From Andalucia godoyi And28 (lineage: Eukaryota > Protista > Jakobida), in NCBI GenBank assembly GCA_009859145.1, contig VRVR01000018.1:191688-255687 (forward strand): a DNA stretch of 64,000 nt, read 5' to 3'. Positions 51,461 through 61,132 of the stretch are shown piece by piece; position 1 is the first letter of the stretch; the number at the start of each line of letters is the position of its first letter. The position numbers were made by a program, and so were the translations under genes. Under the pieces are notes generated by a model. That model was not told where the DNA came from and did not search any database. It worked only from the letters and a program-made list of their open reading frames with translations.

Positions 51461-53116
51461 TCAGTTTCTGGGAGCAGTTCCTCGCCCGGCTCTCATGATC
51501 TCATCAACAAGCAGGAGCTGAGACGCAATGGACGGGGCAGCAGTGAGAATCTGTCTCTTGACACGATAGTTATCGAGGATACCAGCCTGGACAGGATCAA
51601 CGCATTCACCCGAGAATCCGTCAAGAGCAGCGGCAAGCCCCTGTCGATGCGTATCCACCAGTTGGAGAATGGCTTCTTCATGGTCTCTCCCAGCATTCGA
51701 CGCAAGCGTCTTCGGTACAATAAGAAGAGCCTCCGCAAATGCTTGAATACCACGCTTCGCTCTTCCGGGGGTAGCATCAGCGAGTTTTTGCAAATGGAGC
51801 GAGCAGGCAGTCTCGAATGCTCCACCACCAGGGACAACCCGGGTGTCCTCAATGGTGTTCTTAACGGCACGCAGACCATCACGGACGGCATCTTGGATCT
51901 GATTGATCGTGTACTTGTTCGGTCCCTTGAGCAAAATAGTAACAGACCGTGGGTTCAAGCACTCCTCAACAAAGGTGAACTTGTCTTCTCCCAGCGTTTG
52001 CTCGTAGACAATACCAGCCCATCCCAAGTCTGATGCCTTGAGATCTTCAAGCGCGTTGACTGCGTTACCGCCGCATGCTTTAGTAAGACGTTCCATATTA
52101 CGGCGCTTGGCTCTGCGGAGGGCTAGGATGTTCTCCTTTGCGAGCATGTCCAAAGAAATGGGGTCAATCCCACCCTGATTAACAATGACGAAGTTCGATC
52201 CGGGCTTTGTTGCACAAACCTCTCGTTTGAGTTCAATAATGCGCCGGACTCGGTCATCAGTGACCTTTCGTTCGGACGCAACCATCTTTTCGCGCTTGTC
52301 AGCAGTCTGGTAGGTAAACTGTGCCTGTACTTCCGATCGCTCCCATTCGAGATTGATGTTGCAAGTAAGAACAAAACAGTTCTCAAGACGAGCAGGCATT
52401 CCTGGATGTCTTGAGCCGTGGTCCATCACGATACCGCGAACCAACCGCGAGTCGCTATCCAGTCTGTGTTGCATAGTCATGATCTCCACCATGAACAAAT
52501 CAATAGTCTCGTCCACTCCAGCGTTGGCAGAGTTTGCAGTGGAGATTTTGGCCGGGCGGATCGCATTCACAGCGTCCACAACCATGGTTGACAGTTGTTC
52601 CACAAGTTCAGCCTGAACCTTGGTTGCCATAGCGCATCTGGCAATGCTCATCAGCATGCTGCGTGACGCGGAGGGATCGCTCTCAATGGACGGAACTTTC
52701 ACGGTAAACGTCTCCAAGAACTCCAACGCGGCCATCCGGGCCTGCTCAAGACCCTCGTTCAAAACGCGTGGATGGACACCCTCAGCAAGAAAACGCTCGC
52801 ATTGCTTTAGTGTTTCTCCAGTCAGAAGAACCGCAGTCGTTGTACCGTCGCCAGTCTCATCATCCTGCGCAGTGGCTGTACGCGCAATCATCATTGCGGT
52901 CGGGTGCTGGATTTGCATCTCCTTGAGAAGTACGGAGCCGTCCTTGGTCATCTTGATCTCTCCTGCTCCAGAGACCAGCATCTTCATCGTGCCCTTCGGG
53001 CCAAGATTCGACTTCAGCACCTCCATAAGGCCTTTCGCGGCTGAAATATTGATTGTCAGCGCATGCGTCTTGCGTGCTACTTCGGCTCCGTTGTTCAGAA
53101 ATTGAACGGCGGACAT
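51461..53116 (-). CDS. CCT6: Chaperonin CCT zeta subunit
   Basis: SNLGPKGTMKMLVSGAGEIKMTKDG, QDDETGDGTT, GIVMDHGSRHPGMP and GIDPISLDMLAKENILALRRAKRRNMERL. Confidence 0.98.
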   Translation of the reverse strand: MSAVQFLNNGAEVARKTHALTINISAAKGLMEVLKSNLGPKGTMKMLVSGAGEIKMTKDGSVLLKEMQIQHPTAMMIARTATAQDDETGDGTTTAVLLTGETLKQCERFLAEGVHPRVLNEGLEQARMAALEFLETFTVKVPSIESDPSASRSMLMSIARCAMATKVQAELVEQLSTMVVDAVNAIRPAKISTANSANAGVDETIDLFMVEIMTMQHRLDSDSRLVRGIVMDHGSRHPGMPARLENCFVLTCNINLEWERSEVQAQFTYQTADKREKMVASERKVTDDRVRRIIELKREVCATKPGSNFVIVNQGGIDPISLDMLAKENILALRRAKRRNMERLTKACGGNAVNALEDLKASDLGWAGIVYEQTLGEDKFTFVEECLNPRSVTILLKGPNKYTINQIQDAVRDGLRAVKNTIEDTRVVPGGGAFETACSLHLQKLADATPGRAKRGIQAFAEALLIVPKTLASNAGRDHEEAILQLVDTHRQGLAAALDGFSGECVDPVQAGILDNYRVKRQILTAAPSIASQLLLVDEIMRAGRGTAPRN

Positions 53117-53667
53117 GCTGAAAAAGAACAAAAAAAAAGTTGTTTGAAAACAGCAAAGAGTTGCACAAGGAAAAAAAAACGTACTCCAAACAGAAGAAAG
53201 AAGAAAGAAGAAAGAAGAAAGAAAATAAAAACAGTTACGAAGAAAACAAGGCAAGAGAACACACTATCGACAAAAAGGGCATGCCTTGTGAAGTGATGGC
53301 GGCGAATAGATGATGATGATTGCGAACCAGGAAAAAAAAAATGTCATTCCCCCTTTTTTGCATTTGTCAGCACTCAACACTCAGCAGTGAGGCGGGAGAT
53401 CTACAACAGGCAGGCCGAAAGATCAAACGGAAAGGCGATAGGCACTACGATCGGCGCATTTTTTCCGTTATCGATCATCCACAAACCTTTTCTGGTGTGT
53501 CGAGTCTGCTTTTTCTCGATGGACTGCCTTGTGTTATTCAATTCGCCAATTTTTTTTGGTCTGTGTGTATTTGCGTTTCCGATTTCCAAAGCGATTCTGG
53601 TTATTCTGGTTGCTTTTCTCCTTTCTAAATTCGTTTTTTAGTTCTTTATTTATTAATCACTCCGAAA

Positions 53668-54663
53668 ATGAGCAGCAGTGACATGCGTCAAAAGCAAATG
53701 CCAAACTATGCAAACGTCGGCGCTCCCACAAAGACGTTTGACAGATCGAATGCAACTCCAAAGCGCAGAAAGTCGTCTCGACAGTCATCCCTGCCGTCAT
53801 CATCATCATCATCGTCATCGTCGTCATCAGCTACTGTTTCATCTGGAAGTTTTCCCGTCCCAACGCCCCCTTCTGCTTCGTCGACATCGACGGGACCCTC
53901 TTCGTCTGCCGCGTCATTGTCAGTGATGCTTGCCAACACTCTTCCGCAAATTGGAACTCCCGCGTCCCCGGCATCGCGAATGTCTCTTCCCGTAAGCTTG
54001 CATTCACCGTCAATTCCGCCACCGCACTCCCCCGGTACGAGACAGCAACTGATTTACAGTTCTGCTCAAGCAATCCAGGGGTTTGCCAACAATTCGCACT
54101 CAGCCTTTTCGGTTCATTCTCATCACCCGCCAACCACAGCTTCTTCATTCGGACCGAGCGGCACTGGTAGTAGTAGTAGTAGTAGCAGCAACAGCAGCAG
54201 CAGCAGCATCATGCACTCCGGAATTCCTCCAAGCCCCTTCACGTCTCTCACGATGAACGGCCTGATCGAAAGCAGACCACATGTCATTACCGAGTATGTA
54301 TCTGCGGATTTAGTCCTTATGTCCAGGAGATTTGTTGCCGAGGACATGAAAAACCTGATGACGGAGGCTGAACACAGGGTGGCAGTGGAAAACTTTAAGA
54401 AACTCAGGAGAGGTGAGCGGCCGACAGTGCTGACTCTTGGCGATGGGGGGTCTGAAAAGCCGGGCTCACCGTCTGCAGCTTTGCTTGCCGATGAAGAATC
54501 GGATCTACTTGCAGAGGATTCCAGTCTTTCGCTTTCCAAACAAGGCACCGTACATCTGTCGAATGAGGCTGCTTACGTCGCCCTTGTTGGTGAAGGCGCC
54601 GGGATTTTGGAGTATCTCTGTGGAAAAGCAAAGAGAAGACGAATGGGCACAGCTAGTTCGTAG
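53668..54663 (+). CDS. Hypothetical Ser/Pro-rich protein
   Basis: 331-aa ATG-initiated ORF, mostly low complexity. Confidence 0.6.
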   Translation: MSSSDMRQKQMPNYANVGAPTKTFDRSNATPKRRKSSRQSSLPSSSSSSSSSSSATVSSGSFPVPTPPSASSTSTGPSSSAASLSVMLANTLPQIGTPASPASRMSLPVSLHSPSIPPPHSPGTRQQLIYSSAQAIQGFANNSHSAFSVHSHHPPTTASSFGPSGTGSSSSSSSNSSSSSIMHSGIPPSPFTSLTMNGLIESRPHVITEYVSADLVLMSRRFVAEDMKNLMTEAEHRVAVENFKKLRRGERPTVLTLGDGGSEKPGSPSAALLADEESDLLAEDSSLSLSKQGTVHLSNEAAYVALVGEGAGILEYLCGKAKRRRMGTASS

Positions 54664-55069
54664 GCAGGGAACGAATGAGCGTCGACCACTGACCGACGAT
54701 GTGCGTGGCACGCCGTTGCCGGTTGGCAGCATTGTTTTTCGTTTTTGGATATATATTTGAAACTACATTCTATCTCATTCCGCTTTCTTCTTTTCGCAAA
54801 CACGCGTGCATTCTGCACAAAACAGCTACTGGTGTCAGAAGCAGCTATCTGCCAGGCTGCTGAAGTTGGCAGTGTGTGCGAGGCCCGGTGACTCGAATGG
54901 GTCCTCTCTTTTCCCCACCACCCCGAAAACACAAAATCGCTCTTTTTCCGTTTTAAAATCCAGAATACCCAGGTTTAAAAATAATGATAATAATAATCTT
55001 AATGCACTTGCTTACTGTTCTTTGCTTCACGTCATCTGTCCTAACCAGTATCTTCCACAAATCGCAAGA

Positions 55070-55681
55070 ATGAGCTTAATCATCAAGTCCCAAGACAAAG
55101 CGATTGATGTGATTGAAATTTCATATCCTGATTTCCATCGGCTGAAGCTTCTCGCGGCGCGCACTTTCGGGTGCGACTCGTTTGTGTTTGTGAACTGTGC
55201 ACCCATTGAAGAACTCGTGCATCGTGTTGTACCGGCGGAGCAAGTACAAACCGTGCTCAAGATGGTTTCTCCTCAAACAGAAGATGATGACGAAAAGCTA
55301 AATGCCTATCTGGAAGAGCTGGCGTTTCGCGGAGTCGCAGAAAGCAGATATCAGCCTTTGGTGTTCGAAGTCACCCACATCAACAAGACGGTTCCCGGGT
55401 TCCACGCATTCCTGTCTCACTCAGACTGTGAAGGCGAATTCAGTGTCCAGGAATGCAAGGACGTCGTCGTATTGCTGGCGCGATTGAAGGAGCAGCTCAC
55501 AGTCGAATCTGTAAAGTTTGTGGAGGAACGCACAAAGAGCCCAGTGCACCCAGCGAAGGAAAGCGATGCAACTGTATCGGATGCACAGAAACTGCAGACT
55601 TGGATTGAGCGTATCGAGTCGTTCCGATCTGGTCTTGGGAGCTGTGCAGCCGCAAAGCAAAAGGCGGTGTTTCTGAAGTAA
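55070..55681 (+). CDS. Uncharacterised protein resembling a phage/bacterial HSDCDG family
   Basis: ISYPDFHRLKLLAARTFG ... FLSHSDCEGEFSVQECKDVVVLL ... WIERIESFRSGLGSCAAAKQKAVF. Family resemblance is recalled, not searched. Confidence 0.6.
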   Translation: MSLIIKSQDKAIDVIEISYPDFHRLKLLAARTFGCDSFVFVNCAPIEELVHRVVPAEQVQTVLKMVSPQTEDDDEKLNAYLEELAFRGVAESRYQPLVFEVTHINKTVPGFHAFLSHSDCEGEFSVQECKDVVVLLARLKEQLTVESVKFVEERTKSPVHPAKESDATVSDAQKLQTWIERIESFRSGLGSCAAAKQKAVFLK

Positions 55682-55970
55682 ATTTTCAAGCGCGCTGAAG
55701 AATTTTGCTGGTGATTCTCTCTCGAACGGGAAATGAATAATCCAACCACTTGCGAATACGGCACAAGCAAACTATATGCGTTTATGAATGAGAAGGGAGA
55801 AAAAAAGGAGGCCTGCAAATTCAGCTGGTTATTTCAGAGCAGCGGAAAGCAAGCCTACACCCGCCTCTCATAAAAAAATGATAATTAAAAATACACATAA
55901 AAAACAACCAAGAAAACGGCACTTCCTCCATATTGTTGTTCTGTTGTTGTCTGTTTGTCCTTCCCACCGG

Positions 55971-56402
55971 TTAGGCTAGTTGAACCTGCACGACGTTGAC
56001 AGCCTGCGGGTTGAACGATCCGATGTCAACGAGAGAAAGGGGATCCGGGAGAATGCGCCCGTTGAAGAAGAGCGATACTCTGTCATACGGGCAACTCTCT
56101 TCGTCTTCCTGTAATCTCAGTTTGAGATACTCGACCGTATCTGCCATGGAAACCTCATACACGCGCTTGCGAGAGTCCGCAGGGAGCACAAATTCCACCT
56201 TTACTTTCTGCTTGGAAGGATCCGCGTCTCCAGAAGCGCTGTCGACGGAAGACGAAGTGCGATTGGGAATCATCGACAGCTTGCTTCCCGCAACAATCGA
56301 CGGCGCTGCTGGCCTCGGAACAGGCACAGCAGCAGCAGCATCATCCGAAGAATAATCTTCGTCGGAGACATAGTCGTCATCAAAGTGCTCGTTAGCAGAC
56401 AT
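55971..56402 (-). CDS. Small ubiquitin-like domain protein
   Basis: VKVEFVLP...EVSMADTVEYLKLRL...VSLFFNGRILPDPLSLVD, a beta-grasp pattern after an acidic N-terminus. Confidence 0.75.
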   Translation of the reverse strand: MSANEHFDDDYVSDEDYSSDDAAAAVPVPRPAAPSIVAGSKLSMIPNRTSSSVDSASGDADPSKQKVKVEFVLPADSRKRVYEVSMADTVEYLKLRLQEDEESCPYDRVSLFFNGRILPDPLSLVDIGSFNPQAVNVVQVQLA

Positions 56403-57188
56403 GTTCGGGGGGAGTTCAATCGTACACGAAGTCAACGACAATAATAGGAGACAGAAAGAAGTGATAGTATAAAATGTTACCAATCAAACATATACGGCAC
56501 TCGTGATGAGAAAAACAAGGAACGAAACGGACAACTGGGAAAGCGAAGGCCAAAGACGAGAAGGCAAATCCCCCCAACAATTGGAGGCATCTGTTGAGAA
56601 GTGTCGACACCTGAGATTCAGGGGTTTCTTGCTGGGGAACACCCCAGAAGGCCAGGGCGAGCCGCAGCAGCGTGCTTCCGTGTAGGAAGTGCGTGCTTTC
56701 CGGCACGCGCCTTTTCATTCTGTTCACTCCTTTTTCTTTGGGCGTTCCAGGATCGTTTCTTTTTGCCACAATGGCCGGTATGTCTGGTCAACAAAATGCT
56801 TGATCGCAAAATCTCGAACGGCTGTCGGATCGGACGGCATGTTACCTTAGTACTACCGATAGTGTGCAAGCAAGTCTTTCGGTGTTTTCGCCACTTATCG
56901 GATCCAACACTCTGTATGCCACGTGCAGCATTGCAGATGGGTTGAAAACTGTGGAAAATACAAAAACAAAAGACACGCGTGGGCGAACGTGGTGCGCCGA
57001 CAAAAAGACGACGTCCCTTTTCTGAAGCTAGTATTGTTTTGCTTTACGCTTCAGCCGAGTTGCCTCTCCAATCTGCACAAGCTCGCGTTCGCAGAATCGC
57101 ACCGCACGTCCATGCATAAAATGCGGAATGCACATACGTGTGCAGCTGCAGAGACGGGAGCATCAAAGGCGATGGACTTGATTTACAA

Positions 57189-57593
57189 TTATTGATGGAT
57201 TTCGTTTTGCTTGGCCTGCTGCGTAACCTCTACTTCTGCCAAACCGGCTACCTTGCTGTTCGCTCTTTCGATTCTACGCTCTGACAGCACCTGCTGAATG
57301 CGATTCATTGAAAGCTTGACCTTGTCCCAGCGGCTTGGATTCACCCATCGGCGGCCAAGCATGTGCACATGTTCGCGCTGTGTAAACAAAAGATTCTTTT
57401 CTTTAAGCAGCAATGCCCACAAAGACTGCAGGTCGGATGCGGACTTGGTCCGCAACTCGGATGCAAGCCACGCGCGACCAACCGCTGGATACGAGTCTGT
57501 GCGAGCTGGGACATCCCAGAACTCTTCAAGACCACGAACAAACGTTCGTGCACTCGATGATACGACGCTGCGACGAGAAAAGACGGAGAACAT
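57189..57593 (-). CDS. MRPL47: Mitochondrial ribosomal protein uL29m
   Basis: [33 protein letters not shown]...[19 protein letters not shown], with a presequence MFSVFSRR. Confidence 0.95.
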   Translation of the reverse strand: MFSVFSRRSVVSSSARTFVRGLEEFWDVPARTDSYPAVGRAWLASELRTKSASDLQSLWALLLKEKNLLFTQREHVHMLGRRWVNPSRWDKVKLSMNRIQQVLSERRIERANSKVAGLAEVEVTQQAKQNEIHQ

Positions 57594-57807
57594 GCTTTTT
57601 CCTCCAAGCACACGTATTCACCGTGAAAATGTCCAGAACGCGAGAGATATATATAAAACAAAGAAAAACCTTGGAAACCAAAGAAAGGAAACAAAAGGAA
57701 GCAAGAAAGAATCACGGAGATTGCATCCAAAATACACTACGGCAGTTGCGCGATAAAATTCTCCAGAAATCAAAACACGTGCAGATCGGACAGAGCATGA
57801 ATATGGA

Positions 57808-57960
57808 GCACTGCTGGAAAAACTATCAAACTATTCTTATCGCGTTTTATTTCGTCTTCATCGTTTTTGACAAAATGCTTGGGGAAGTTGGAACAGGGTT
57901 CTTTTCCCCGTTCAGTCAGAACTCAATAAAAACGAAGCCTCCCTCTCTTCCACGATTTCC

Positions 57961-57996
<36 letters not shown>

Positions 57997-58180
57997 ATTT
58001 CGTTTTGATTTGGCTATCATCGTCGTCCACAATTCAGATTCATTGAAAAAAAGTTGCAGTGTATCCGCACTTCTTACCAGCAAATCTACAATACATATAC
58101 ATAGACGATTGGTTTTCGTAGAACCGATTGTCATGCAACATTTCAATAGTACCAATCAATATGGGTGCGGTGTATCACAG
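57808..58180 (+). repeat. Dispersed structured non-coding element, copy B, containing (TG)n at 57964-57993
   Basis: Homologous to 42394-42835 in the same orientation. Confidence 0.9.
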
Positions 58181-58560
58181 GTGTTACACTGTACATAAAA
58201 TACAGAACCGGGATTGTGCATACGAAAGATCATAAAACATTTGAGAAAACTCGAGCGTTTGTCACTGTCGCAAACAATAGGAAAGGAAAATAAAAATAAA
58301 TTCCGGTAGTTGCTTTCCCCCAGAGTTGTGCGGGAATGACCGCGATTCCGACACAGCCTTCGTCAGAGAAAACCAAAAAAACCAAAAAAAAACCAAAAAA
58401 ACCAGAAGAAAAAACCCGGAAACATGAAAGGCCACAAAGAAAAAGGACCTTGCGATGATGGAATGAACGCGACGCTGTTGTTCCCCCACCTTTCCCTCGA
58501 AAGCCCAATTTTTTTTTGGGAAAAAAAGCATGCTAAAGATACTGGGGAATCAAGAATGAG

Positions 58561-60558
58561 TTAGGCAGCAGCATCTTCAAGAATGAAACTGAGAATTGCA
58601 TTCTGAAATCCAGTGCGGTTCAAAACATCGAGTGCGGAGCCCTCGTCACGGATCTGAATGACGGAAAAGCACTCAAGTGTATCGAGATGACGAACTGTTG
58701 TGACATCTGCTGAAAACCAGGAATTCATCGACGCGTCCGAGGTCGAATTGTCATCAGAATGCTCTGGAAACACAACTGCTCGATAGGACATTCTGCAAAT
58801 CGCACCGATGCGTGGCCCTTGCGATGTTCGCTCCACAAAGAGCTCAATAGGAGGAATGCTGTGCGAGTTGGGAGTCCACACAAAAGAAGGACACACAGCC
58901 GGCCCCAGCAGCCACATCAAGGAGTCATAGGAATCGCCTCCGAGCGCAGTCCGTGAAACGGGAACCAAACTCAGAACATCACAACCAAGATCTCGCACAA
59001 GAGACTTTATCTGGGACTCGTCAGATCCAGAATACAGCCTTCCTGCAAACAAAAACGAGTCCCTGGCAAAATCCTTCAGAACTTGGTGCTCAGACCGATC
59101 GGATTTGCTGGAAGATGCCGGGGATACAGGAGTCTCGTTGGATAAAGCATTGGAGTCTGCAACGTTGCGCGCATGGGTCTCGACCGAAACATAATCTCGA
59201 GGCAACACGACAACGCCCATTCGGTCAAATATGTTGCTGTATTCAAAGCGCATGACAGATGAGGACTGGACTTTGCGAATTTCATTCTGCAGAAAGCCTG
59301 CTTTCCGGACGTTGTTGTAGTGCGAAAGGATGCACAAGCTTTCCAATCCTCGACAGAGAATCCCCGTCAAATCGCCTCTCCGTTCGCAAGCAGAAAACAA
59401 GTGTAGAGTCCGCCGTTCAAAGTTGAACCAATCATGCGCGAACGTTTGCAACTCCGGACACATGTACACGTAGAAGTCCAGGGATTCCGAGACAACATCG
59501 CCAAGGTCTGCTTGGAAATCTTCGATTTCCAACAGGGGATCGACTAGTGCTGGGATGTCAACCAAAAATTCATGTTCAGGGACTTGCATTCCAAGCCAGT
59601 CCTGAACAGAGGTGCGTAGCTTGCTTGCCAACGACTCCATTTGCGGGTTTATTGGAGTCATGACAGGGTCCGTTGACCCGAACTGCTGCGAAAGCGACGC
59701 CTTTTGAATAATTTTCGAAATGTACACAGCGCGTTTCATATACATCCCAGATTCGGAGGCAGAAAGTCCCTTCGATGTCAAAATATCGTTCAATATGTCA
59801 AACGAGTGCGGGCGCACAATAGCTAGACAGAAGAAATGGTGGAAGAGAAACCCACAAACGGAGTCAATGAAGTTGTCGTCCGATGTTTCGGGAATCGAGT
59901 TGCGCAACTGGTGAAACAGGAACAGCATCCACGACGGCAGTATTTGCACAGTTCGGACAATCTTGTCGGCAAACAGATCAACAAATGTACATAGGGTCTT
60001 CAGATTCCGTTGAAGCACTTCTTCATCTTCAACATCAATATCTACACTGGAGAACTTTTCAGACAGTTTCCATAGCCGCAGAATCGCGGCAGACAGCGGG
60101 CCAGCGAGCACGTTTTGTGCAAAGTTACGCATGCAAAGAGACACGAAGCGAGTATATGGAGAAAGTGCACCCGACATTCCTAACGCTGCGCACAGAGAGA
60201 TAGATCCAGTGCTCTCATTTGTGACGTATGAATCCAGCTCAAAGCGGAGCAAAGCATGAGCGGTTTTAACCAGAGAGAAGGTATGAATTTCCTCAACGTC
60301 TAATCCATACACTGTCTTGGAACTCGTTTTTTCATGCGGAGAGATTGGGCATGAAGTCGGTGATGCTGCATCAGGAGAAAGAGGCGAAAATGACGGTCGC
60401 TCGTTGGACTGATATTCAGAAAAAGAGCCGTGCTGAGACAATCGAACACACAGTCGAACGAGCTTCACCCGAATTTCGTCACGAGTGGTCTTCCGAAGGA
60501 TACCCTCGATGACTTCCGGACGCGTAAGGTATTCAAGAATGCCGAACACATCACCCAT
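58561..60558 (-). CDS. RasGAP-domain protein (catalytic motif degenerate)
   Basis: LQRNLKTLCTFVDLFADKIVRTVQILPSWMLFLFHQLR...VCGFLFHHFFCLAIVRPHSF...ISKIIQKAS follows the RasGAP fold pattern. Confidence 0.7.
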   Translation of the reverse strand: MGDVFGILEYLTRPEVIEGILRKTTRDEIRVKLVRLCVRLSQHGSFSEYQSNERPSFSPLSPDAASPTSCPISPHEKTSSKTVYGLDVEEIHTFSLVKTAHALLRFELDSYVTNESTGSISLCAALGMSGALSPYTRFVSLCMRNFAQNVLAGPLSAAILRLWKLSEKFSSVDIDVEDEEVLQRNLKTLCTFVDLFADKIVRTVQILPSWMLFLFHQLRNSIPETSDDNFIDSVCGFLFHHFFCLAIVRPHSFDILNDILTSKGLSASESGMYMKRAVYISKIIQKASLSQQFGSTDPVMTPINPQMESLASKLRTSVQDWLGMQVPEHEFLVDIPALVDPLLEIEDFQADLGDVVSESLDFYVYMCPELQTFAHDWFNFERRTLHLFSACERRGDLTGILCRGLESLCILSHYNNVRKAGFLQNEIRKVQSSSVMRFEYSNIFDRMGVVVLPRDYVSVETHARNVADSNALSNETPVSPASSSKSDRSEHQVLKDFARDSFLFAGRLYSGSDESQIKSLVRDLGCDVLSLVPVSRTALGGDSYDSLMWLLGPAVCPSFVWTPNSHSIPPIELFVERTSQGPRIGAICRMSYRAVVFPEHSDDNSTSDASMNSWFSADVTTVRHLDTLECFSVIQIRDEGSALDVLNRTGFQNAILSFILEDAAA

Positions 60559-61132
60559 CTTGGAATCAATACGTGGGGGGTTTGGGGTTGGGGATGGGGG
60601 GGGGGGTTCAATGCCTAACCGTTGATTGTGTACACTTCCTTCGTGATGATTTTTCGACAACGGTCAAAAAAAATAATATAATAATTGAAAGAACGAAAAG
60701 AGCGAGAGAACGACAAGAACGAAAATGAAGAATGAAGAATGAAAAACGAAAGAAAAAGGACACGTTATTATTACTATTATTATTATTATTGCGCAGTGCG
60801 GACTGTCGGGCGTCGGGATGGGGAAAAAGGTCGTTGCCGAATTTTTGGGCTTCCCAGGTCGACCGATTGCGACGACTTCCGATTCTACAGCAGCTTTTTT
60901 ATAAAGACGCGTTTTTTGGGGACGGGAACTGGCTTCTTTTTTTTCTCCAACGACGGAAACGAGTGGTGGACTCATCAGTCACAAGTGACGACTTCACTTC
61001 ATAAGCTACGATTTACAAAGTCACGGAGAGACTGTGTCATTACGACACATGGCATGAACCGAGGAATTAGGCTTTTTTAGTTCTTCTCTGCTCTTCTCCT
61101 CCTAGTGTCGCTGGTGCGTTGTTGTTTTCGGC

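Noticed and set aside
51311-52033. 240-aa + strand ORF, and similar antisense ORFs over the ABC, BLTP2 and Q-rich genes
   Set aside because: These are shadow ORFs opposite well-supported genes such as CCT6.
56480-57190. Possible small spliced gene between the UBL and MRPL47 genes (GTATGT sites on both strands; short ORF MPSDPTAVRDFAIKHF)
   Set aside because: No start-to-stop model with a recognisable product could be assembled.
10944-60790. Numerous short tandem repeats considered as CRISPR- or TIGR-like arrays
   Set aside because: They are pure 2-9 nt microsatellites with no unique spacers between repeats.
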